Positions 19,155-27,836 of a DNA stretch of 64,000 nt are shown here, piece by piece. Position numbers and translations under genes: made by a program. Source of the DNA: Spirochaetaceae bacterium (GTDB lineage: Bacteria; Spirochaetota; Spirochaetia; DSM-2461); assembly GCA_051531975.1 (NCBI GenBank), contig JAOPTT010000005.1:352001-416000 (forward strand). Direction: 5' to 3'. How positions within the stretch are numbered: position 1 is the stretch's first letter; every line of letters begins with the position of its first letter. The notes beneath the pieces are model-generated. The model was not told the origin of the DNA. It searched no databases and saw nothing but the letters and a program-made list of their open reading frames with translations.

Positions 19155-19850
19155 TTATTTTTCTTCTTGTTTATTACCTTTGTTTTCCCATTTATCTGCT
19201 GCGATAAATAGAAGTACAATTATCATAAGTTGTACAAATATTGCTCCACCCCAGCCAAAAACATCTGGGAGAAATACTGCTTTACCATTACTAATAGTAT
19301 TTAATTTCCACCAACCAAAATCGTGGGCACCCCACAGAGAACCAATTATAAAGAATAGTAGAGATAATACTTGCATGTAAAATCCTTCACCAACTCTCAT
19401 AAGTGTTCCAGAAGCACACCCTCCTGCGATTACCATACCAATTCCAAACATTAATGCACCAATTACAGTCGCAAAACTTATAGGAACGACATATGATTGA
19501 CCAGGTATTGGAAGGCCTTTAACAAATGCTCCATATTTAATAGCCCAGAAACCTATAGATGTAATTGCAAATGCAATTAATACAGCTCTAGTAACAGTTG
19601 TACTTCCAGTCATGGCTGGATCTCTTAATGATGCTGTAAAACAAAACCGTGATCTTTGTAAAATAAAACCAAATATATTACCAGTAAACCAAAATAGACT
19701 TAGTTGCTGATTTATAAACCCAGCAATTATACCAATTACAATTACCATCGCACCTAATACGATACCCATCGGGATTTGGTTCTTCTTTTTTTTCCTTGTT
19801 CTAGTCGATGACCTAGGTGACCGTCTGATTTTTGATTCGGTTTCACTCAT
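19155..19850 (-). CDS. YeeE/YedE thiosulfate transporter, N-terminal half
   Basis: FGFILQRSRFCFTASLRD and FGIGMVIAGGCASGTLMRVGEG motifs; GGAG SD. Confidence 0.9.
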   Translation of the reverse strand: MSETESKIRRSPRSSTRTRKKKKNQIPMGIVLGAMVIVIGIIAGFINQQLSLFWFTGNIFGFILQRSRFCFTASLRDPAMTGSTTVTRAVLIAFAITSIGFWAIKYGAFVKGLPIPGQSYVVPISFATVIGALMFGIGMVIAGGCASGTLMRVGEGFYMQVLSLLFFIIGSLWGAHDFGWWKLNTISNGKAVFLPDVFGWGGAIFVQLMIIVLLFIAADKWENKGNKQEEK

Positions 19851-19895
19851 TATAAACTACTCCAATAACTGTTTTTCTTAATATAGCTTAAAATC

Positions 19896-19925
19896 AATAT
19901 AACCACTAAAAACATATGCTGTCAA
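19896..19925 (-). promoter_or_regulatory. Putative sigma70 promoter of the sulfur-transfer operon
   Basis: TTGACA (19925-19920)-18-TATATT (19901-19896). Confidence 0.5.
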
Positions 19926-20427
19926 TAAAATTTTATAGTATAAAAATGGTCAAAAAACGTACAAATATTTGTGTGGGTACTACCTTGTTTTAGGTTAATT
20001 ATTCAAATATATATTTTTTTGTAAAAAAAATAATTATCAATAAAATTAATAATTTTGCTGATTTAATACATAATAATAATTGCAAGAAAAATTGTCTTTA
20101 TACCCCTAATTACATATTAAATTTGATAATCCCCACCTACTGGCTCTGTTTTATGGTTTTTTACATTTTTTTAATATTTTGTGACAAAAGTCATTTATGG
20201 GTTATTTTTGTAATATTTGTTTAAATCTAGGCTATATAATCAGTTAAAGTTTTAATAAAAATCATATATATTATATTTAATAATCCGACTTTCTAGATGG
20301 GGCATTAAATCCAATAGTACAATTTTTATCTATTGTTTTGAGATTATATAAAAGAGTGATTTGGCTGTGAAATTCAGATGTGGAAGTGGAATTATTTGGG
20401 TGAAAAAAAAGATGTTTATTAAAGCTG

Positions 20428-20462
20428 TTAGGGCTCATTTCTTATAATATAATGAGCCCTAA
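20428..20462. terminator. Hairpin/terminator downstream of the 248-aa lipoprotein
   Basis: Perfect 12-bp arms TTAGGGCTCATT/AATGAGCCCTAA. Confidence 0.6.
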
Positions 20463-20537
20463 TTAATCATGACTTTTACCAAATTTTAGCTACGATTTTA
20501 TTATTTTTATCAATTTATTTAATAAAAAATAATTTAA

Positions 20538-21284
20538 TTATTCCGCTATTTCTAAAAGATTAGCCATAAATTCTGCATATGTTAGGTCATAAAAAGGAAG
20601 AGGTTCACTATCATCGTTAAACTTATATGAAAGATTCTCGTTCTGCATTGGTTGAGTTACATAGTCTCTCCACTGTTTAACATCCGCAACTATGAAGTGG
20701 GAAAAGATTAAATTCATATTAGAAGTTTTGTAGATTGAAGTCTCATAATGGTGCTCAACATATCTTTTTTCAGTAACGATTATATAATCCACACCCATAT
20801 TTTTAATTAACTCTTTTAAAGTTTCTTTTAGTTCTGAATAGTGCTTGGCTCTTTGATTTTCAATTACTAAATCATCAACTTCGTATAAACTAGTAATTAA
20901 AGTATCAACATCCATACTTGAAGAACTATCTTCAGGCCCTTTATTTTGAGATGTAATTTTTTTAACAATTGAAGTATCTTTTTTATCTACATTAACTTTG
21001 CTTAATGAATCCTTATCTATCATGGAGTATAGATCTAGCTGTCTTACATTAAGACCTTTTTCCTGTAATGCTGCAGATATAAAAAAAGTATTATTAACAC
21101 CTGAATTAATAATTCCTACTGTTGAACCTATTGGTATAGTTTCTTTTTGGAAAAACCTATTAATGTAGAATCCATTAGTATCTGCAGCAGCTTTTACTGT
21201 TACAGGTGCAGTTACACAACTAGTTAAACTTACTATTAACGTTATTAGTATTAATAGATACTTTTTAATTTCATTTTTTGACAT
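20538..21284 (-). CDS. Hypothetical lipoprotein
   Basis: Lipobox SLTSC, AGGAG SD; no recognised domain. Confidence 0.7.
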   Translation of the reverse strand: MSKNEIKKYLLILITLIVSLTSCVTAPVTVKAAADTNGFYINRFFQKETIPIGSTVGIINSGVNNTFFISAALQEKGLNVRQLDLYSMIDKDSLSKVNVDKKDTSIVKKITSQNKGPEDSSSSMDVDTLITSLYEVDDLVIENQRAKHYSELKETLKELIKNMGVDYIIVTEKRYVEHHYETSIYKTSNMNLIFSHFIVADVKQWRDYVTQPMQNENLSYKFNDDSEPLPFYDLTYAEFMANLLEIAE

Positions 21285-21394
21285 TTTATCTCCTGACTTT
21301 TGGAGTATTTTAACTAGTTGTTCTACCTTTATTCAATTACTTTTTTATTTGAGGCTGTTATTTGTCTTTAATTAGGTATAAATCCTATAATGAT

Positions 21395-22405
21395 TTACAA
21401 AGTTCTAATTGATTTTCGGTCCACAAATGTCTGTTTAATTTTAAGTACATGTGGAATTTGATTCCCTTTACCTAATCTTTCTATCATCATATCTGTTGCA
21501 TAATTACCCATTAATTTATTGTCTATTCTCATAGTTGAAATTCTTGGAGTTTCTAGTAAGTCGTAATTCTGGGTATCTCCAGGAGCTATAATTGATATAT
21601 CTTCAGGGATTTTTATATCCAATTTATTAAGAATGTAAATTAGTTTACAAGCTAGAATATCATCGTGGATGAATAGTGCTGTAGGTTTTATTTTTATATT
21701 CATAAAGAATTCTCTGACTTTATTATCAAGTTCTATATTGTCATATAAATTTACTGTTAGTCTTGATTCATCAGTGATTGGTATATTATGCTCATCTAAT
21801 GCTTTCCTGTATCCATAAAAACGGTCAGCGACTACTCCAGGTAGATCCTCTCTTGTAAAATCTATACAACAAATATCTTTGTGACCAGCATCTATTAGTT
21901 TTAAGGTCCCTTCATAAGCACCTTGGAAGTCATCTACACATATAGTATATAGCTCGTTTTGGTAGGATGAATTATTAATAAGAACACATGGTATGTTCAT
22001 TGCTTCAAGTCTGGCAAATAGAGGAATACTAACATAGTGAAATGAAAATACAGATGAAGCATTCATTTCCATAAGGTCGGAAAATATATCTTCGTCATTA
22101 ATCTTTCCACTAAATGGAAGTATTGAAAGAGTATAACCCTTTTCCTTAGCAGACTTTTGGACTTGTCTTATTATAGCATTGTAAAAGTATGAAAGATTAT
22201 CAGTGTTTTTTTGCATTTCTAATAAAAGTACCCAGTGTTTATGATTCTTATATGTATTTTTCTTTTTTTTATAACCAATTTTTTCTGCAGCATTTAGAAC
22301 TTTTAATCTAACTTCTTCAGAAATCCTACCTTTTCCAGATAATGCCATTGATGCTGTTGTTACAGATACATCGGCTTCTTTTGCTACATCTATTAATTTT
22401 ACCAT
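21395..22405 (-). CDS. LacI-family transcriptional regulator
   Basis: HTH KLIDVAKEADVSVTTASMALSGKGRIS; sugar-binding fold motifs DDFQGAY, DRFYGY, KIPEDISII. Confidence 0.95.
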   Translation of the reverse strand: MVKLIDVAKEADVSVTTASMALSGKGRISEEVRLKVLNAAEKIGYKKKKNTYKNHKHWVLLLEMQKNTDNLSYFYNAIIRQVQKSAKEKGYTLSILPFSGKINDEDIFSDLMEMNASSVFSFHYVSIPLFARLEAMNIPCVLINNSSYQNELYTICVDDFQGAYEGTLKLIDAGHKDICCIDFTREDLPGVVADRFYGYRKALDEHNIPITDESRLTVNLYDNIELDNKVREFFMNIKIKPTALFIHDDILACKLIYILNKLDIKIPEDISIIAPGDTQNYDLLETPRISTMRIDNKLMGNYATDMMIERLGKGNQIPHVLKIKQTFVDRKSIRTL

Positions 22406-22447
22406 ATAACTGATAATGATATATATTGATCTGTTTTGTCAATTACT

Positions 22448-22487
22448 TGGTAAAATTTTAGCAGTACGATGATAAAATGTTTTAGCA
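22448..22487. promoter_or_regulatory. Two palindromic candidate operator sites between the LacI gene and the mutarotase operon
   Basis: TGGTAAAATTTTAGCA (22448-22463) and TGATAAAATGTTTTAGCA (22470-22487). Confidence 0.45.
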
Positions 22488-22587
22488 TACTTTTTATGTG
22501 ACACTATTAAAATGATGTTTATCCACTGTATAACATGGCTTTATAGCGGTATTTTACAATTTTAAAGTATTTATTTACAATTATAAG

Positions 22588-22615
22588 TTGACATATGGTA
22601 AAGTCATGGTAAAGT
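22588..22615 (+). promoter_or_regulatory. Putative promoter of the mutarotase operon
   Basis: TTGACA-16-TAAAGT with TGn extension; contains direct repeat ATGGTAAAGT x2. Confidence 0.55.
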
Positions 22616-22647
22616 TAGATAGTTAATTTTACTAAAGAGGTGATAAA

Positions 22648-22971
22648 ATGATTCGATACGGTCAGCTAATAGGTTTAAATCCAGAAGATCTTGAACGATA
22701 TAAAAAATATCATCAAAGTGTTTGGCCAGAAGTCTTAGAAAAGATTAAAGATTGTAATATTACAAATTATTCAATATTTAATTTAGGAGATAAACTTTTT
22801 GCATATTTTGAATACATAGGATCAAATTTTAAAAAAGATATGGAAGATATGTCCAAGGATGAAATGACTCAAAATTGGTGGAAGCTAATGAGTCCTATGC
22901 AGATTCCAGTTAAAGAAAAAAAAGAAGGAGAGTGGTGGGCGAATATGACAGAAGTTTTCCACCAGGAGTAG
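22648..22971 (+). CDS. rhaM: L-rhamnose mutarotase family protein
   Basis: YKKYHQSVWPEV...NITNYSIF..LFAYFEY...WW..M...EVFH. Confidence 0.85.
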   Translation: MIRYGQLIGLNPEDLERYKKYHQSVWPEVLEKIKDCNITNYSIFNLGDKLFAYFEYIGSNFKKDMEDMSKDEMTQNWWKLMSPMQIPVKEKKEGEWWANMTEVFHQE

Positions 22972-22974
22972 AAT

Positions 22975-24225
22975 ATGACATCAAGAGAGAGAATTTTAGC
23001 AACTTTAGACCATAAAGTTCCAGATAGGGTTCCAATAGATTTAGGAGCAACGCCTAGTTCGGGAATTTCAGCAGAGGCACATAGTAATTTAATAAATCAT
23101 TTAGAGTTAGATGAACCAACACTTATATACGATGTTGTTCAGCAACTAGCTCAACCTAGTGATAAGTTGGTAGATCTTTTAGGGGTAGATATATTAGATA
23201 TTGGAAGAACCTTTAATGACTTCCCTAATGACTGGTCAAAAATGAATCTTCAAAATGGAAATCCCGCATGGTCTCCGGCCTGGTTTAAACCTAAACAGAA
23301 TAAAAAAGGTGACTGGGAAGTTTATCATGATAGTGGAAAAATGATTGCTTATATGCCTGAGGGGGCTACTTTTTACGATCAGACTTTTTTCCCATGGGAA
23401 AACGGATATCCAGTTGGACGTAAAGCGATGTCTGAAGCATTGGATGAAGCTATGGATCATGTTTTATGGTCAAAATTAGTTCATAGTCCATGGGATCATT
23501 CAGGCAAAGGCGATTTTTATAAGATATTACGGGAGAATACATTAAAACTAAGAGCAAGTTCTGATAAGGCACTTCTTGTAGTTAATGGGTGTAATTTATT
23601 TGAGTGGGGAACATTTTTAAGAAGAATGGACAACTTCTTAATGGATTTATACATAGATAAAGAGAATGTTGCAATGCTTATGGAACTACTTATGGAAAAG
23701 CATATGAAAAGTCTAAAAGATACATGTGATGCAGTTGGTGATATTGTTGATGTAATTAGATTTGGTGATGACCTTGGTATGGATTCAGGACCTTTTATGG
23801 GCCTAGATGTTTATACCGAACTATTCCATGACCATAGAAAAAAACTTTGTTCATATGTTCATGAAAACAGTAATATGAAAACTTTTATACACTCCTGTGG
23901 ATCAATGGAACAATATATTCCTTCGTTAATAGACGAGGGTATGGATATCATAAATCCCGTACAAACAAATTGCAGAGATATGGACCCTATAGGTTTAAAA
24001 AAGAAATATGGAAAAGATATTGTTTTTTGGGGTGGGGGAATGGATCCAAGAGCTATTTTAAATAGAGGTAATCCAGAAGAAGTAAGAGTTGAAGTTCGAC
24101 GTAGAATGGAGATCTTTGCTCCCGAAGGCGGATTTGTTTTTAATAATATCCATAACATCATGCCAGATGTACCACCGGAAAATATAGTAGCTATGTTTGA
24201 TGAAGCACTAAAATTTAAATTATAG
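22975..24225 (+). CDS. URO-D/MtaA-CmuA superfamily protein, putative Zn/corrinoid-dependent methyltransferase
   Basis: MTSRERILATLDHKVPDRVPID start, FGDDLG, Zn-type HSCG motif, INPVQ, GGFVFNNIHNIMPDVPPENI end. Confidence 0.82.
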   Translation: MTSRERILATLDHKVPDRVPIDLGATPSSGISAEAHSNLINHLELDEPTLIYDVVQQLAQPSDKLVDLLGVDILDIGRTFNDFPNDWSKMNLQNGNPAWSPAWFKPKQNKKGDWEVYHDSGKMIAYMPEGATFYDQTFFPWENGYPVGRKAMSEALDEAMDHVLWSKLVHSPWDHSGKGDFYKILRENTLKLRASSDKALLVVNGCNLFEWGTFLRRMDNFLMDLYIDKENVAMLMELLMEKHMKSLKDTCDAVGDIVDVIRFGDDLGMDSGPFMGLDVYTELFHDHRKKLCSYVHENSNMKTFIHSCGSMEQYIPSLIDEGMDIINPVQTNCRDMDPIGLKKKYGKDIVFWGGGMDPRAILNRGNPEEVRVEVRRRMEIFAPEGGFVFNNIHNIMPDVPPENIVAMFDEALKFKL

Positions 24226-24248
24226 ATTAACTTAAATAGGAGAAAAAT

Positions 24249-25262
24249 ATGCAGAAAACTGAAGAGACAGTTTTAGGTCAAAATGATTTACACAATAATA
24301 TACTAAATAATATTTTAGGCAGGAGAGAAGTTGGAATTGTTGCTCCTGCACTAATGTTATTTATATTCTTTTCTATTTTTTCAGATAACTTTTTATCTGA
24401 ATATAACATGTTTAATATTTCTAGAAATCTTTCGTTTAATATTTTTATTGCATTAGGGCAAGCAGTTGTAATTGCAATTGGAGGAATGAATCTTTCAGTT
24501 GGAGCTATAGGAGGTATGTCAACAATTGTTGTTGGACATATGTTAGTAAATATGGGTATGCCTGCTGGAGTTGCGGTTATTTGTGGACTTGCTATAGGTG
24601 TTATTGCTGGATTATTAAATGGGCTTATCATAACTAAACTTAAGTTAAACTCATTCATTGTTACTTTATCGACCTCATTTTTATTCACTGGTTTAGTGTA
24701 TGGAGTCTCTAAGGGATATCCTTATACAAACATACCAAAAAGTTTTACAACTTTTGGCCGAGGAAGCTTTTTAGGTCTTCCAATAGTTTTATGGTTATTA
24801 TCTATTACTTTAATCTGCCTTTATTACTTATATAAACATACAGTTCTTGGTAGAAGACTTTTAGCGACTGGTGGTAATGAAAATGCTGCTCGTTTATCAG
24901 GAATTAATACAAATAGAATGATTGTTATTGCAAATATGTTATCTGGATTTTTTGCAGCATTAACAGGTGTTTTATATGTATCTAGAATGGGTTCTGCGCA
25001 ACCTGCTACAGGGCAAAACTGGATGGTAATATCATTTGCTGTTGCAATAATTGGTGGAACAAAATTAGGTGGTGGAGTAATTACATCAGGAGGGCTTCTA
25101 GCCGGTGGAATTATAATGGTTTTAATCAAAAATGGATTAATTTTAATGGAAGCAAATGTGTATTTTGAGCAAGCATTTTTAGGGTTGATTATCCTATTTA
25201 CTGTATCACTAGACAGCATTAAGGGTCTTATTAAGTCCCATAAAAATAAAAGAAGAAATTAG
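24249..25262 (+). CDS. Monosaccharide ABC transporter permease (RbsC-like)
   Basis: GGMNLSVG, SFIVTL, GRRLLATGGNENAARLSGIN, IIGGT.L.GG. Confidence 0.92.
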   Translation: MQKTEETVLGQNDLHNNILNNILGRREVGIVAPALMLFIFFSIFSDNFLSEYNMFNISRNLSFNIFIALGQAVVIAIGGMNLSVGAIGGMSTIVVGHMLVNMGMPAGVAVICGLAIGVIAGLLNGLIITKLKLNSFIVTLSTSFLFTGLVYGVSKGYPYTNIPKSFTTFGRGSFLGLPIVLWLLSITLICLYYLYKHTVLGRRLLATGGNENAARLSGINTNRMIVIANMLSGFFAALTGVLYVSRMGSAQPATGQNWMVISFAVAIIGGTKLGGGVITSGGLLAGGIIMVLIKNGLILMEANVYFEQAFLGLIILFTVSLDSIKGLIKSHKNKRRN

Positions 25263-25270
25263 GAGAGATT

Positions 25271-26281
25271 ATGAAGAAATTATTAGTATTATTACTAGCG
25301 TTTATGGTTGCAGGTTCTATATTTGCAAATGGAAACAAAGAGGATAAGCCACAAGTGAAAAAGATTGTTTGGTATGCCTCTGCAGTACACCCTTATTTTG
25401 ACTCTGTTCAAAAAGGTGTAGAAGCATTTTCAGAAGCAACAGGTATTGAAGTAAAAACTCAAATTGGTCCTGACTGGACACAAGATAGTCAGACTCAAAA
25501 TGTTGAAGCGTTAGCAGCAAATGGATACAATGGTTTTTCAATATATCCTTCTGATCCTAGTGGAGCAAATGGTCTATACGAAGAGTTAACAGCACGGGGA
25601 AACTTTGTAGTAAACTTTGGTACATCTACTGTACAACCTACAACAGCATCATTTGCGATTGCTACAGATGTTAAATATGCAGCAATGGTTGCCACAGAAA
25701 AACTAATTGAGTTAATGGGTGGTAAAGGTAATATTCTTAATGTTTTAGAAGTTGTAACAGATGCAAATACAGTTTTAAGAAAAGAGGGTATTGAAGAAGT
25801 TGTTGCTAAATACCCAGACGTTAATATTGTTCAAGAGATCGGAGATATGACAAGTATTGAAGAGGGAATGGAAAAAATAGAAAATGCAATGGCTGCAAAC
25901 CTAGATGTATTAGACGGTGTTATATGTACAGGATATACAACTACAGTTGCTGCTACTGCAATTTTATCACCATACAATCAGAATAATTCTAAAAGAATAT
26001 CATTTGTTGGAATAGATGATGATCCAGCTGTATTAGAAGCTATTAGAAATGGATCAATAGATGCAACAATTGCACAAAACCCATATGGACATGGTTATTT
26101 AAGTTGTCAGATTATTTCACTGTTATTAGATGGTTATACACCTAGAGCTAATCAATACTTTATTAATGCTGGGTTAGCAGTTGTAACTAAAGAAAATATT
26201 GATACTTTTTCTTATGACTTAAGTAAAGTAACTACTGAAATAGTAGCAACACTTACAGAGGTTTATTTAGAAAAAAAATAG
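25271..26281 (+). CDS. Monosaccharide ABC transporter substrate-binding protein (RbsB-like)
   Basis: Signal peptide ending FANGNKE; HPYF, VGIDD, ATIAQNPYGHGY. Confidence 0.9.
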   Translation: MKKLLVLLLAFMVAGSIFANGNKEDKPQVKKIVWYASAVHPYFDSVQKGVEAFSEATGIEVKTQIGPDWTQDSQTQNVEALAANGYNGFSIYPSDPSGANGLYEELTARGNFVVNFGTSTVQPTTASFAIATDVKYAAMVATEKLIELMGGKGNILNVLEVVTDANTVLRKEGIEEVVAKYPDVNIVQEIGDMTSIEEGMEKIENAMAANLDVLDGVICTGYTTTVAATAILSPYNQNNSKRISFVGIDDDPAVLEAIRNGSIDATIAQNPYGHGYLSCQIISLLLDGYTPRANQYFINAGLAVVTKENIDTFSYDLSKVTTEIVATLTEVYLEKK

Positions 26282-26308
26282 TTAATTAGTTAGGACTTGG
26301 AGGACTTA

Positions 26309-27817
26309 ATGCTGGAATTAAAAAATATTACTAAGACATTCCCAGGTACCAAAGCTTTGGATGATGTAAGTCTAAATTTTCATCCAGGAGAGATTCATGC
26401 TCTCTTGGGAGAAAATGGAGCTGGGAAGAGTACACTTATAAATATCATTTGTGGAATATATTCAGAATATGAAGGAAAAGTATTACTAAATGGTGAACAA
26501 CTAGAATTAAAAAGTTATCAGGATGCATTAAATCATGGAATCAGTATTGTAAATCAAGAGATTCAAACTATTCCTGATAGTACAGTAGCTGAGAATATTA
26601 TGCTTGATAAACTTGAAAGGTTCCAAAAACATGGACGTATAAATTGGAAAGAGTTAAATAAAACTGCAGAGAAATATATAGATATGGTTCACTTAGACAT
26701 AGACTCAAATGAAAAAGTTGAGCTACTAAGTACTGCACAAAAACAGCTCATTCAAATTGCTAAAGCTTTAGCATCTGAAACTCCTGTTTTGTTACTTGAT
26801 GAACCAACCTCTGCATTAACAGAACATGAAACTAAAGTTCTTTTTGTTTTACTTCGTGAACTTAAAGAGCAGGGGAAAAACCTTATATTTGTTTCTCATA
26901 AATTAGAAGAGATTTTTAGTCTGTGTGATAAAGTTAGTGTTATTAGAGATGGTAGGTGGATTGGAACAAACAGTATTGAAGATTTAGATACTGAGGGCAT
27001 TATTAAAATGATGATTGGGCGTGAATCCACGGATGAATATTTAGGAGATTTAAATCCTGATATAAATAATGTTGTTTTAGAAGTTAAAAATCTAACTTTA
27101 AAAAACAAAGTTGATAATACATCTTTCAAACTTAAAAAAGGGGAGATCCTAGGGTTTTATGGTCTTGTTGGATCTGGTAGAACAGAACTTGCTAAGGTAC
27201 TAATTGGTGAAGATCATCCTGAAAGTGGAGAAGTTTTTGTTCATGGAGAATTAGCTCATATCCGCTCCACCTCTGATGCTCTAAATAAATATAGCATTGG
27301 TTATGTCTCTGAAAACCGTAAGGAAGAGGGGTTAATATTAGATTTTCCAGTTGTAACAAATATCGGTATTACTATTTGGAATAAAATCCAACATAAAATA
27401 TCTAGGAGAATCAATACAAAGAAACATAATGGTATTGTTTTGCCATTAATAGGTAAGTTATCCATAAAAGTATCTGACCCAATGCAAGAAGTTCAATCTT
27501 TAAGTGGTGGAAATCAGCAGAAAGTTAGTATTGCTAAATGGTTAGCAGCGGATTGTGATATTTTAATTATTGATGAACCAAGTATAGGTGTTGATATTGG
27601 AGCAAAAGAGTATATACATGAATTAATTTGGGATTTAGCAAAAAATCAGGGTAAATCTATAATATTAATATCTTCGGATCTTCCTGAAATGTTAAAACTT
27701 TCAAGGAGAATCAGTGTATTTCAAAACAAGAAAATTATGGGAACAATTGATAATCTAACAGGTAAACCTAAAGATAATGAAGAAGTCAGTTTAAAGATAG
27801 GTAAATTAATGGTTTAG
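26309..27817 (+). CDS. Monosaccharide ABC transporter ATPase, two domains (RbsA-like)
   Basis: GENGAGKS, LDEPT, GLVGSGRTE, LSGGNQQK; ATG 26309 follows GGAGG. Confidence 0.94.
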   Translation: MLELKNITKTFPGTKALDDVSLNFHPGEIHALLGENGAGKSTLINIICGIYSEYEGKVLLNGEQLELKSYQDALNHGISIVNQEIQTIPDSTVAENIMLDKLERFQKHGRINWKELNKTAEKYIDMVHLDIDSNEKVELLSTAQKQLIQIAKALASETPVLLLDEPTSALTEHETKVLFVLLRELKEQGKNLIFVSHKLEEIFSLCDKVSVIRDGRWIGTNSIEDLDTEGIIKMMIGRESTDEYLGDLNPDINNVVLEVKNLTLKNKVDNTSFKLKKGEILGFYGLVGSGRTELAKVLIGEDHPESGEVFVHGELAHIRSTSDALNKYSIGYVSENRKEEGLILDFPVVTNIGITIWNKIQHKISRRINTKKHNGIVLPLIGKLSIKVSDPMQEVQSLSGGNQQKVSIAKWLAADCDILIIDEPSIGVDIGAKEYIHELIWDLAKNQGKSIILISSDLPEMLKLSRRISVFQNKKIMGTIDNLTGKPKDNEEVSLKIGKLMV

Positions 27818-27836
27818 TAAAAAGGGTATGAATCTT

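Noticed and set aside
15302..19850. Selenocysteine read-through in the sulfur operon
   Set aside because: Catalytic positions are ordinary Cys and the genes end in TAA/TAG; no truncating in-frame TGA seen.
22975..24225. Calling the URO-D-family gene hemE
   Set aside because: Lacks the RQAGR motif of true HemE, has an HxC metal motif, and sits among sugar genes.
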